Shown here piece by piece: positions 42,270 to 55,044 of a stretch of 64,000 bases of DNA. The notes below the pieces were generated by a model, which was given only the letters and a program-made list of their open reading frames with translations, had not been told where the DNA came from and searched no databases. A program made the translations under genes and the position numbers. Each line of letters starts with the position of its first letter. Within the stretch, counting starts at the first letter, position 1. Origin of the DNA: Geosiphon pyriformis uo1 (lineage: Eukaryota > Fungi > Glomeromycota); assembly GCA_016748015.1 (NCBI GenBank), contig JAAOMT010000664.1, positions 997,518-1,061,517 of the forward strand. The letters run 5' to 3'.

Positions 42270-44298
42270 TAGATATCATTGCGATTGGATATCATAATTT
42301 TTTAAATTGTAATGCTGTATTTTAAATAACTTATTATATAAAATGGATATTTTTATTAATTTATTAAAAAGGGTATTCTTTTTCTATTTTGCATTAGTTT
42401 TTTTCTTTCATATTCCCTTTTCCTTTGAGTTTATTATTGATTAAATATGTTTAATTATGAATAATTTAAATAGCTATAGTGCACAATGACGCCAAACAAA
42501 GTTTTCCATTGTTTCATTGTCTTTTTGCATAACGAGTAGTTAGATAACAAAAGAATTCATCCTCATTTACCACGTTAATATGTTAAATTCAAACTTTTTT
42601 TTTTTTTCTGTCAAACCTAAATTTAATAGTGCATTCATCATTAATTGAGAATATTAAAATCACCTTTGATACAAAATATTAAATTTTTTAAATAAAATAA
42701 AAACATGTAATACATTTCAATTAAATATTTTGGAGTAATTTTATACTATAATAGATTTACTTTATAAAAGCTTTTTAAATTATTTAAGTTAATTATACTT
42801 CTAATGCTAAAATTATATGGCTTAAATTAATTGCGAACAAGCAGTGTTTTTATGTTAAACATTGTTTAAATAATTATTTTACTCAATTAAATTTAATATT
42901 TGGATAATTCAAAATGAATATGTTAATTAGTTTGAAATATTACAAATTCTTGTCTTTATATATATTTTTAATTAATTTGGCAGAAAGAAGGTAAATGATA
43001 AGGGTTATTTTATTGGCTTTTTGCTCTATCAAAAACTTAAAATTCCAAGTTTTTCTTTAACATATTAATTATGTTAAATAAAATGTACTTGCTAAAATTA
43101 CCTTTTTTTATTAATTTCCTAAACTTTATCTTTTTTCTTGTAATTTTTATTTTCGAATCATTTTTAGCTTGGAGTTATCAGCCTATCTTTTTTTTGGTTT
43201 CTATTTAAGGCAGAAATGAAACTAAACCTCAGATTAAAGCTTTGCCTGCTCAATTTGACCCTGTTTTTATGGAAATTTACATAATATAAAAAAGTCGTGA
43301 TAAATTTTTTTATAGTTTATTAGTGCTCTAAGCTTATTGCATAGAATTCTGTTCATGGATTTTTTACTTTCTTTAAAGGTTCCTAAATGAGCACCCTATC
43401 TTTTTATTATTTGAAACGAGTAGTTTCTATTTTAAACTTTGACTATTAGATTTGTAAATGTGTCAAAATAGATTCAATATAAATAGATAGTGTATATTAT
43501 AAAAATCTTATCAGTTTGGAAAATTATATTGTCCAATCTTTTAAAATTAGCCATGAATTTTTGATTTGCATAAGTTATCTATTCAATCCGTCCAATTAAT
43601 GTATATGTAATTGGTTATCATTTCGATCCAAAATGCATTCTTTTTCAAAAAATTTCAAATTTTACTAAAAAATGGGCAATGAAAAAAATCTTTCAATTTC
43701 AAAAAAAAAAGACAAAAAAAACTTGGCCAACAAAAATATAAATATTGTTAAAGCTTGTTGATGCTGTTTATTATTAGTTAAAATTATTTTACCAATATAT
43801 AATTTTAACAAGATTATCAAAGAGTGTTCAAAAACAATGTATTATTAAAGGCTATGTTATTCAAATTTTAAAGTTTGCAGTGCCAATATGCAATGTGCTT
43901 TGATTAAAAAAAATTAAAATAATATGCAAAAGATTTTTTAAATAATTGATCGTATAATTAGACAAATCAATTTTTTTCAATTTCAAAAGTTGGAATAAAA
44001 TCAAATATTATTGGCTTAAGAAGGTTTAAGATAAGAAATATTTAAAACATATGACTACAAATAAAGTAAAAGTACTGCGAGTTCGAAATCAATTTAACCC
44101 ACAGAATATTAAAATTAGAAGAAGAGTTATCTCAGAAAATTCCAAAAGGCTTTTAATGCTAGCTGATGTAATTTTCTGATATAAATACATATAAAAATTA
44201 TCCGTTAGAAAAGCTTATCAGATTAAAATGGTTAATTAACAAAAAGACATAGTAAAAAGGAGAATTATCGTTTTTTAAAAACTCTTATTATAATAAAA

Positions 44299-45822
44299 TC
44301 ACTTTTCAATAACCTGAAATACTTCCAATTCATCAACCTGAAACGCAGCTTGACCTGTGGTATCAAAAATTTCAGGTTGGAAATAGGTTAACTGATGCCA
44401 GCATGACTCTTGGGTGTTGCAATTATCGCCAAAGAATAAATCATTATAAAAATATGGTCCATAACTCCGAGCATATGCTATTTGATTTCCATTTGTACTA
44501 CGAGCAACCTTTGCGAGGGCAGGATTCTTCCCGTCACCTAAATTAAAAATAAATGCTTCTGGCGCACCTAAATATCTAATATTATTATAATTATAATTAT
44601 ATTCATAATGACTTGAGTATTGGTTGCCACCCCAAGATGTGGGATTATAGCCTCCAACAATAATTCCAGATCCGGTTATCTTAGCTGCGACAACGGTTTT
44701 AGACTGATTACCACATAGATTTCGAAAACTGTTTACTGTAAAGCCATCACGACTGCCTCGATATATAAGGTTTAAGGTGTAGGGAGATTTGTAATGCGTT
44801 GTAGCAATCTTTTTATCAATCCATGAAGAAATGATATTAACATGCCGTGATTTTATGATCAGAGATTGGTCAAAACGGGCTCGGGATGGAAGGATATGAG
44901 TTGGTAGTTGGGGTGTAGTCTTTAGATGGTGTGCCCAGATTTCCTTCTTGAAGTTTTTTGGTAAAACTTTTTTATATGGTATGACATGATCAAAATAGTC
45001 ATCCCCAGAGATGTCATAATATCTGATCAACGGGATGCATTTGTGAATGGTTTTCTCAAGTGCAGCAAAATCTTCTGCACTCCAGCTCACTAACTTCTTT
45101 TCAACAAGTCTTGGTGTGTTTCTAATGCCCCATTTGATTAAAGATTGCCACACTTCAATTTCCTTCATATTAAGATCATCTTTTTGAAGCAAGGAAATAA
45201 GGATCGACTCTTTCAAAGAAAGGAAATCATTTGACTTAAAGATAAAATCTGGGTTATCCTCAACCATTTGGGAATAGTGCTCCTTTAGTTTTCCAAAAGG
45301 TTCATGGCGAGAAACTATTTCCATAGTTTTAACAGCATTTTCTTGCAGCCATTTAGATTCCTTTTCAATAAGATAGTCTTGACAATGATCGATTAACTCG
45401 AGAAGTTCGAACTCATCAGCAGCTATCAGTATTTGCAAGACGGTCATCCCCTTTTTTTTATTCAAATTAACCACTCCGGTATACATATATCTAAAAATTA
45501 ATAATATAAATAGATTTAAAATATTTAGTTTTTTTTCTATTATTTCTAGAAAAATAATAAAATAGCTCTACCCGAGAATAATCTCAAATATTTTTGCTGC
45601 AATGCTAGGTTTCTTAAAAATCAACATATGTTCCTTCTTTTTCACCCAGTCATTTGACAAGGCTCGTCGAAAATAAGGAGAGCGAGCACGAAGAATAATA
45701 GAGTGAGCTTGAAACTTTTTAAGCTCGGGTTTTTCGCCAGCTTCAATAATCAGATTATATTCATCAGAGTGTTCCAATAGCTCGATAAGGTCATGTATAA
45801 GAGTTTCGGTAAATTTAGCCAT
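44299..45822 (-). CDS. BTB-BACK-TLDc protein
   Basis: Exon 1 45822-45572, intron 45571-45491, exon 2 45490-44299; intact. Confidence 0.92.
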
Positions 45823-45865
45823 TAAAAGAATAGAGAAAGGTTGAAAGGTGAAAATTTGCAACTTG

Positions 45866-45904
45866 ATCGATCGATCGATCGATCAATTTATCGATCAATT
45901 TATC
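45866..45904. repeat. (GATC)5 plus GATCAATTTATC repeat just upstream of a BTB gene
   Basis: Read directly. Related (ATTG/CAAT)n tracts lie upstream of paralogues at ~27420, ~32455 and ~49212. Confidence 0.75.
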
Positions 45905-47625
45905 TAAGTGATTGGATATCATACTTTTATTAATTCAATAACGAGATTAAATTTATTAGTTTCATAAGTGATATACGGATCTTAATAATTTTTTATTATA
46001 TTAAAATGAATAGTTCTATTAATTTATTGAAAAGGGTATCCTCTTTATACTTCCTTTTCTCCCTCTTTTCCCTTTGAATTGGTTTTATTCCCTTGCCCTT
46101 GAATTATTATTGATTAAACATATTTAACTATGAATCATTAAGTTGCTATAGTACACAAAGACGCCAAACAAGTTTTCCATTGGGTCCTTATCTTTTTGCA
46201 TAATAAAAGAATTCGCCCATTCTTAATATGTTAAATTCAAACTGTTTTTTTCTGTCAAACCTAAATTTGACAGTGAGTGTTCATCATCATTAAAATTCAT
46301 AAATAAAATAAAGATATTTGATAGCATTTCAAATTATATATTTTATACTATAATAAATTTACTTTGTAAAAGCCTTTTAAAGTTCTTTAAGATAAATATT
46401 CTTCTAATGCTAAAATTCTATGGCTTAAATTAATTGTGAACAAGCAGTATTTAAATTTTTTTATTTTAACATGGTTTAAATAATTATTTTACCCATTATA
46501 ATTTGATATTTAGATAATTCAAAATGAATATTTTAATTAGTTTAAAATATTGTAAATTCTTGTTTTTATCTATATTTTAATTAATTTGGCAGAGAGAAGG
46601 TAAACGATAAGCGCTATTTTATTTCCTTTTTGCTTTATCAAAAAACTTAAAATTCCATACAAAGGCAAAAGTATTTGTACTTTATATTTTTATTAATTAT
46701 ATGTAGAATAAAAAGTTTGGTTTCGAATCATTTTTAGCTTTGAGTTACCAGCCTATCTTTTCTTTTGGTTTTTATTTAAGGCAGAAATGAAACTAGATCT
46801 CAGAGTAAAGCTTTGCCTGCTTAATTTTGCCCGGTTTTTATGGAAATTTAACATAATATGAAAAAGCAGTGATAAATTTTTTTATAGCTTATTAATGCAT
46901 TAAGCTTATTGCATAGATTTCTGTTCATAGATTTTTTACTTTCTTTAAAGGGTTTTAAATGAGCACCCTATCTTTTTATAATTTGAAACGAATAGTTTTT
47001 ATTTTAAACTGTGACTATTAAATTTATAAATGTGTCAAATTGGATTCTATGAGTTTGTTCAAAAAAAAACAAAAAAAACTTGGCCAACAAAAACATAAAT
47101 ATTGTTAAAGCTTGTTGATGCTGTTTATTATTAGTTAAAATTATTTTAGCAATATATAATTTTTAACAAGATTATCAAAAAGTGTTCAAAAACAATGTAT
47201 TATTAAAGGCTATGTTATTCAAATTTTAAAGTTTGCAGTGCCAATATGCAATGTGCTTTGATTAAAAAATATTTAAAAAATAATAAAAGATAATTGATAG
47301 TATAATTAGGCAAATCAATTTTTTCAATATCAAAAGTTGGAATAAAATCAAATATTATTGGCTTAAGAAGGTTTAGGATAAGAAATATTTAAAACATATG
47401 ACTACAAATAAAGTAAAAATACTGCGAGTTCGAAATCAATTTAACGCACAGAATATTAAAATTAGAAGAAGAGTTATCTCAAAAAATTCCAAAAGGCTTT
47501 TTCTGATATATATACATATAAAAATTATCCGTTAGAAAAGCTTATCAGATTAAAATGGTTAATTAACAAAAAGACATAGTAAAAGGGAGAATTATCGTTT
47601 TTTAAAAACTCTTATTATAATAAAA

Positions 47626-49144
47626 TCACTTTTCAATAACCTGAAATACTTCCAATTCATCAACCTGAAACGCAGCTCGACCTGTGGTAACAAAAATTTC
47701 AGGTTGAAAATAAATTAAGTGATGCCAACATGATTTTTGGGTGTTGCAATTATCGCCAAAGAATAAATCCATATAAAAATATGGTCCATAACTCCGAGCA
47801 TATGCTATTTGATTTCTACTTGTACTATGAGCAACCTTTGCGAGGGCAGGATTCTTCCCGTCACCTAAATTAAAAAAAAATGCTTCTGGCGCACTCAAAT
47901 ATTGCTCATAATCATAATATTGACTTGAGTATTGGTTGCCACCCCAAGATGTGGGATTATAGCCTCCAACAATAATTCCAGATCCGGTTATCTTAGCTGC
48001 GACAACGGTTTTAGACTGATTACCACATAGATTTCGAAAACTGTTTGCTGTAAAGCCATCACGACTGCCTCGATATATAAGGTTTAAGGTGTAGGGAGAT
48101 TTGTAATGCGTTGTAGCAATCTTTTTATTAATCCATGAAGAAATGATATTGACATGTCGTGATTTTAGGATTTGAGATTCGGTAAAACGAGCTCTGGGTG
48201 GAAGAGTATCAAGCGGTAGTTGAGGTATAGACATAAGATGGTATGCCCAGATTTCCTTCCTCACACTCTTTGGTATAACTTTTTTATATGGTATGAAATA
48301 GTTAAAATAGTCATCCCCAGAGATGTCATAATATCTGATCAACGGGATGCATTTGTGAATGGTTTTCTCAAGTGCAGCAAAATCTTCTGCACTCCAGCTC
48401 ACTAACTTCTTTCCAACAAGTCTTGGTGTGTTTCTAATGCCCCATTTGATTAAAGATTGCCACACTTCAACTTCCTCCATTTCAAGGTCTTCCATCTGAA
48501 GCAAGGATACAAGGACCGATTCTTCCAATGAAAGGAAATCATTTGAGTTAAAGATAATATCTGGGTTACTGCCAACCATTTGGAAGTAATTCTCCTTTAG
48601 TTTTCCAAAAGGTTCATGACGAGAAACAGTTTGCATGGTTTTAACAGCATTTTCTTGCAGCCATTTAGATTCATTTTTAATGAGATGCTCTTGACCATGA
48701 TTGGTTAACTCAAGAAGTTCAAGTTCATCAGCAGCTATAAGTATTTGCAATACATTCGCCCCCTTTTCTGTATTCAAATTGACCGCTCCGGTATATATAT
48801 ACCTTAAAATTGGTATTATAAATTTAAGTGAGTTAGTTTTTTCATCTTTCTTAATATAATATAATTATTAGGAAGAAAATAAAGTAACCCTACCTGAGAA
48901 GGATTTCATAAATTTTTGCTGTAATATTAGGCTTCTTAAAAACTAACATATTATTCTTTTTTTTAGCCCAGTTATTTGACAATGCTCGTCGAAAATAAGA
49001 AGAGCGAGCACGAAGAATAGTGGAGTGAACTTGAAATTGTTGAAGCTCGGCTTTTTCCCCAGCTTCAATAATCAGATTATATTCATCCGAGTTTTGCAAT
49101 AGCTCGCTAAACTCATAGATAAGAGCTTCAGTAAGTTTAGACAT
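47626..49144 (-). CDS. BTB-BACK-TLDc protein (mosaic paralogue)
   Basis: Exon 1 49144-48894, intron 48893-48803, exon 2 48802-47626 (RYIYTGAV...); intact. The 3' flank 47070-47626 is near-identical to 43710-44299. Confidence 0.92.
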
Positions 49145-51201
49145 AGAGCGTGAATATACAAAGTTAAAAAGAATAGTAGCTAAACAAGAAAGTTATAGGT
49201 GAGTACTAATGATCAATTAATCAATCAACTTACCTGCGAGATTGCAGTTTTGATATATCTTTAGCTTCAACTTATTAACGCAAAAATTAGATATTTCTAA
49301 TTCAAAAATACATGGTATCATATGAATAATCTTAACAAAAATAATAAAGCTTGCTTTTGGGCATGTAATAAAAAAAAAGTGATATTTTATCAAAGAGCTC
49401 ATTTGCTCTAAATGGTTGTGTTTTAGAAATGAGAATTAACAAATTTGATTTTGGTAAGGCATACCAATTCAAAAAAAAATTTAAAAGTTTTGAAAAGTAA
49501 AAAAACAGACAGTTTAATATAACAAATAAACAAAACTAAATAATATTAAATAGTATATTTTAAGTTCGTATAATATAGAATATTGTATAAAATAAAAATT
49601 TACTTATTTAAACAAAATTTAAACATATATATTGTAAATTATATTAACTTAATCAAGATAATATTTTAACATATAAATTTTTATTTAAGAATTAATACAA
49701 CAAATAAGACAACCATTAATTTTTATATATATTATAAAAACTTTACACAGTTTATTGTTAGTTTTTTAAAAAAATTGCATAATAGAAATAATTTTATTAT
49801 TAAATATATCAAGTATAATAAAAAAAATATTTAGATTATATATTAGTTTTTAGCGCTAAGTTTAGAAAAGAGTTTATATTACAAAATAAATCTAAAATTT
49901 AAAAAACTTAATATTTTGTATATAAATATCAATCCAAATTTTAATATAAGTAATTATACAGCTTTGGACAACAAAATTTAAAGAAATACTATGTTGAATT
50001 GCTTAAATTTTCAAAAAATATTAAAATAATAGAAATTTATAATAATGTATTACAAGTAGTATTATCAAATATGTTTTTTTTTCTTTTCAAAACATGTACA
50101 ATGGCTGTTATAATTAATTCAAAGATTCAATTTATATCCAAGGAATATTTTGAGCTTTGTAAAAATAAAATAAAGTTTTAAAGACATTAAGTATATGTGT
50201 GTTGAAAACAGTTTTTTTAGAATAACCAGTGATTTTACTAATAATTTAGTTTGATTAATGTTTTGCCAAATAAGAGCTTGTATAAATATTAAGCATTAAA
50301 TTTATAATAATGAAAATTTACAATGTATTGTCATTTTCCGATATATATGTAATTAGTTTTTTATATCAATTTTTATTGTCAATTTGTACGAATCTAATTA
50401 AACAAATATTTATTATTACAAAATCAAATAACATTGAAATAATAATTTTAAACCTCAACAATTAGTACAAATTTTTTAAATATGTAACAGTTTAAAATTT
50501 TTCAAAATTTCTCAATTGTGATTTTTAAATATTACATTAATAAATATATTATTGTATAGACAAAAATTGTATATATTATATTTTTAAATGACTTTAATAT
50601 TTGTGTAAATCTGCCAAATGAATCAAATTTAAATTTTTTCAATATAATTGTATTCAATAGAAAAAACTCATCAATCAAATAATTCTTACGTTTTGAATTT
50701 TTAGCTAATTTTGCTTTTTTTCTCATGTTGTTATAACATAATAGATTTAAACTCTTTTATTCGCATTTTAATAATCAAAAAAATATTTGAATAAATTGGT
50801 TTTTTAATGACCTTGAAAATATTTTAAATTTTGTTACCAAAGTATAAAAATTTATTGTAGCAATCAATAAAAACTTCAAAAGCTTACTTATTTATTCATT
50901 TTGTGAAATGCATAAAGCAACTTCTTGGGTAATGTGTAGAAATTCTGCAAAGTTATCTGCGTTTTTTTTATAGGCTAAAATAATCTTTTTAAAATTGAAA
51001 AGTTAAATAGGAAACCAATTTTTTGAACCTAAAATGTTAGCATTAAAAGAATAATTATCTCAAAGAATTTAAAAAGGCTTTTAAGTGCTAGCTGTTAGTT
51101 AGAATAGATGAATACAAGTAATGCCATATAAAATTTTGTATTAGAAAAGCCTATCAGATTAGAATGTTTAGATGTAATAAAAAGGAGAAAAAATCATATT
51201 T

Positions 51202-52764
51202 TTAAGAACTCTCGTCACAAAAAATAAATTTTCCAATAACCTGAAATACTTCCAATTCATCAACCTGAAACATGGCTCGAGTCTCAGCATCGAGAATTTT
51301 CGGTTGGAAGTATTCAGAATTATACCAACATGATTTTTGTGTGTTGCAATTATTGCCAAAGAATAAATCATTATAAAAATATGGTCCATGATTCTGACCA
51401 TATGCTATATGTTTTGTACCTGTATTACGAGCAACCTTTGCAGGGGTAGAATACTTCCCGTCACCCAAATTAAAAATAAAAGCGTCTGGGGCACTCAAAT
51501 ATTGCTCATGAACATTGGAGCCGAAAGAGCTAAACCCAACATTAGGTCTTGCAGGCTGATCACCCCAGGATGTGGGATTATAGCCTCCCACAATATTTCC
51601 AAAGCCAGTTATCTTAGCTACGACAACGGTGTTAACCTGATTAGCACATAGATCTCGAAAACTTTTTACCGTAAAGCTATTAATGCTGCCTCGATAGATA
51701 AGTTTAAAGTTGTAGGGAGATTTATAATTGTTTGTAGCAGTCTTTTTTTCAATCCATGATGAAATTATATTAATATGTTGTGAATTTATGATTTGAGATT
51801 CGGTAAAACGAACTCGGGGTGGAAGAATATCAAGCGGTAGTTGACGTATAGACTTAAGATGGTGTGCCCAAATTTCCTTCCTCACGCTCTTTGGTATAAT
51901 TTTTTTATATGGGATTACATAATTAAAATAGTCGTCCCCAGAGATGTCGTAATATCTAATCAATGGAATACATTTGCGAATAGTTTTCTGAAGGGCAGCG
52001 AACTTTTCTGCATCCCAGCTCACTAACTCCTGTTCGATAAGTCTTGGTGTGTTTCCAATGCCCCATTTAATTAAAGATTGCCACACTTCAATTTCCTCCA
52101 TGTTAAGATCATCTTTTTGAAGCAAGGAAACAAGGACCGATTCTTCCAAAGAAAGGAAATCATTTGATTTAAAGATAAACTGTGGGTTATTGCCAACCAT
52201 TTGGAAGTAATGCTCCTTCAGTTTTCCAAAAGGTTCATGGCGAGATACTATTTGGATGGTTTTAACAGCACTTTCTTGCAGCCATTTAGATTCATTTGTA
52301 ATAAGATGCTCTTGAACATGATTGATTAACTCAAGAAGTTCGAGCTCATCAGCAGCTATAAGTATTTGCAATACATCCGCCCCCTTTTCTGTATTCAAAT
52401 TAACCACTCCGGTATACATATATCTACAAATGGTATTACAGATTAAAGATATTTAGTTTTTTTCATCTTTCTTTGTATCATACAATTATTAGAAGAAAGT
52501 AAAGTAACCCTACCCGAGAATGATCTCAAATATTTTTGCTGTAATATTAGGCTTCTTAAAAACTAACATATGATCCTTTTTTTTAGCCCAGTCATTTGAC
52601 AATACTCGTTGAAAATAAGGAGAACGAGCACGAAGAATATTAGAGTGAGCCTGAAACTTTTTAAGCTCGGCTTCTTCACCGGCTTCAATAATCAGATTAT
52701 ATTCATCGGAATGTTGCAATAGCTTGCTAAAGTCATGGATAAGAGATTCGGTAAGATTAGCCAT
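51202..52764 (-). CDS. BTB-BACK-TLDc protein
   Basis: Exon 1 52764-52514, intron 52513-52424, exon 2 52423-51202; intact. The RGSRDGF motif has diverged to RGSINSF. Confidence 0.92.
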
Positions 52765-52825
52765 TGAAAGTTAATATAAGCAGGTAAAGAATATAAAATA
52801 TAACACAATCAATTTATCATCTCAG

Positions 52826-53233
52826 ATCGGGTCGGAATTTGAACCCGACCTGACCCGAAAAAATGGGGGTCGGGTTATGATCCTTTAATTTCGGGTCGGG
52901 TTTGGATTTTGACCCAACCCGATTTCAACCGGAACCTAAAGAAAGAGCAAGCTTCGTAAGTATTTTTTCTTTAAAGTCAAAAAAAAAATAGAGTTATTTA
53001 ATTGAACTACGAACTTTAATAATATTAATTTTAACTTTTTTGTTCCATTTTTTTCTATATTATCTACATATATAATTTTACTAGCATCATTTTTTTCCAT
53101 TGTTGACAGATCACAACGACCCAGGTAAGATAATCATGATATAAAACCCACATCTGACCTGAGTAAGTTAATCGGGTTGCGGGTCGGCAATTTGAAAAAA
53201 TTTCCGACTCGACCCGACTTTTACGGAACACTG
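52826..53233. mobile_element. Non-autonomous hAT-like DNA transposon (MITE), left end apparently clipped
   Basis: GC-rich ends with clustered ACCCGA/TCGGGT motifs in both orientations. The right end reads CAGTGTTCCGTAAAAGTCGGGTCG on minus. The sequence is absent from the paralogous position at ~32475-32548. Confidence 0.7.
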
Positions 53234-53803
53234 TCCTGTAAGCAATATTCAAACTGCAAAAATTAGAATTTTCTCTTCTGATTTCATAGAATATTTTAAA
53301 CTAATTCAAGGCTGATAATTAATAGTTAAATTATGTTAGTTTTTCCCACCTCTTGTTAAGATATTAACTGTAGACATATTGACATCACCCCAGATGTATA
53401 ATTGAAATGTATATTAACAAATAATTAAATTTCAATTTTGTGTTTAGCAGTAGAAAATATCAAACACACTTTAAGTTTCTCAAACAATTGCTAATGAAAC
53501 TTTTTAAAAACAAAAAATTCACAAGATTAAGATCATTTTTAAGGAAAAATAAAAACATCCCATTATTTTTAACAAAATACACATTGTATAAACACAACAT
53601 TTTCAGATCTAATGTTCAGATATCATTGAAAATGTTATTTTAAAAATATAATTTATGAGTATTTGTTTTTTCAACTTAACCAAATTAATTTTACTACTCA
53701 AATATTAACAAAAAAACAGAGCTAAAAAAGCATTTATCTTACAAAAAATATAAATACGATAAATAAGTGTCATCAGAGTTGCAACTAATTGTGTTTATAT
53801 ACA

Positions 53804-54042
53804 TACCATCTTAAGATCAAACCTCAATCACCAACGCATCTTCTTCCACTCAGAGTTTGTTTCGCCCAATCTCAGATTATAAAATTATCACATGTCAACA
53901 TTAATAAAAAGACTGCTACAACGAATTACAAATCTTTCTACATCTTTAACCTTATATATTGAGGCAGTTATGATAGCTTTACAGGAAACAGTTTTCGGAA
54001 TATATTTGTCAACTATGGAAAGACTGTTGTCGTAGCCAAGAT
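53804..54042 (+). pseudogene. Orphan TLDc fragment (duplicate of 33145-33384)
   Basis: Near-identical sequence, sharing the same in-frame TGA. Confidence 0.8.
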
Positions 54043-55044
54043 GCCTTACAAACTCTCATTTTAATTAGATCAAAAAGAAAAAACGAGAAGTGTGATTATA
54101 AAAACTCTATGTAAACTAGCTGATAATGTATAAAAGTCACTTGAACCGATCTTAGTAATCATAGACTCGGAAAAAGAATTTAGTAAACTTTCAATCAATC
54201 TTCTCACTTAAAGAGATAAATTTCTTATTCAAAGTTAAGTGCCAAATTAATTAAATAATTGGCTTACATCTTTCATTAAGCAATATGAATTGATTTTTCT
54301 GAGTATTAAAAATGATAAAATTTTTGCGAACAAGATTTAAAATTGAAATTAAATTAACAATTATAAAAATTAAGTTTAAAAGCAAGAAATTACGGTCAGT
54401 GAAAATTTAACAATATAATAAAAAATATATTATTAAATAATTTAACAAAAAAAACAAAGTTTCAGAAATATTAATAATAATTATTAAAATAGCAAAAGTT
54501 TATTAAACTTTGTTTATGCAAAATATATTATGATACATAGTATTTACATTAATAATTTTTATAGATTGCATTATGATATATTTCTCAAGTTATAAATAAA
54601 TTTTTAAATTTAGAATTAGTATTTGTCTAAAACTTTATAATTTAATTTTTAATTATTGTTAATTGTTCATTAGTTATTAATTATATTTTTATATTTAAAA
54701 AATTGATAACGATATTTTTTATAAATATAATTTATGATTTGTTTTTTTAAACAATTCGTAATAAAAATATTATGAAAAAAACAAAAGTAATCATTAAATC
54801 TAACAATATAATTTTTTTAATAAGATGAGTTGTTTTATATTATTATTATTATTATTATATTTTAATATTTGAAAAATAAAATAAAAATTGAATATTCTTT
54901 TAGGAGTGTTTGAAAATTATTCTAAAAACTATTTTTAAGAGGACTTTTCTCTATTTACTATATCAACAATTAAAAAAATTTTCTTAAAAATCTGGTATTA
55001 TTGAGACCATGTTATAGTCCATAGTCTAAGTAATATGGCTAAGT

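Noticed and set aside
21295-52026. Recurrent antisense ORFs within BTB-TLDc genes (e.g. 21746-22156, 28599-28856, 39826-40011, 51388-51651)
   Set aside because: They recur only because the sense genes are paralogous; their boundaries are inconsistent.
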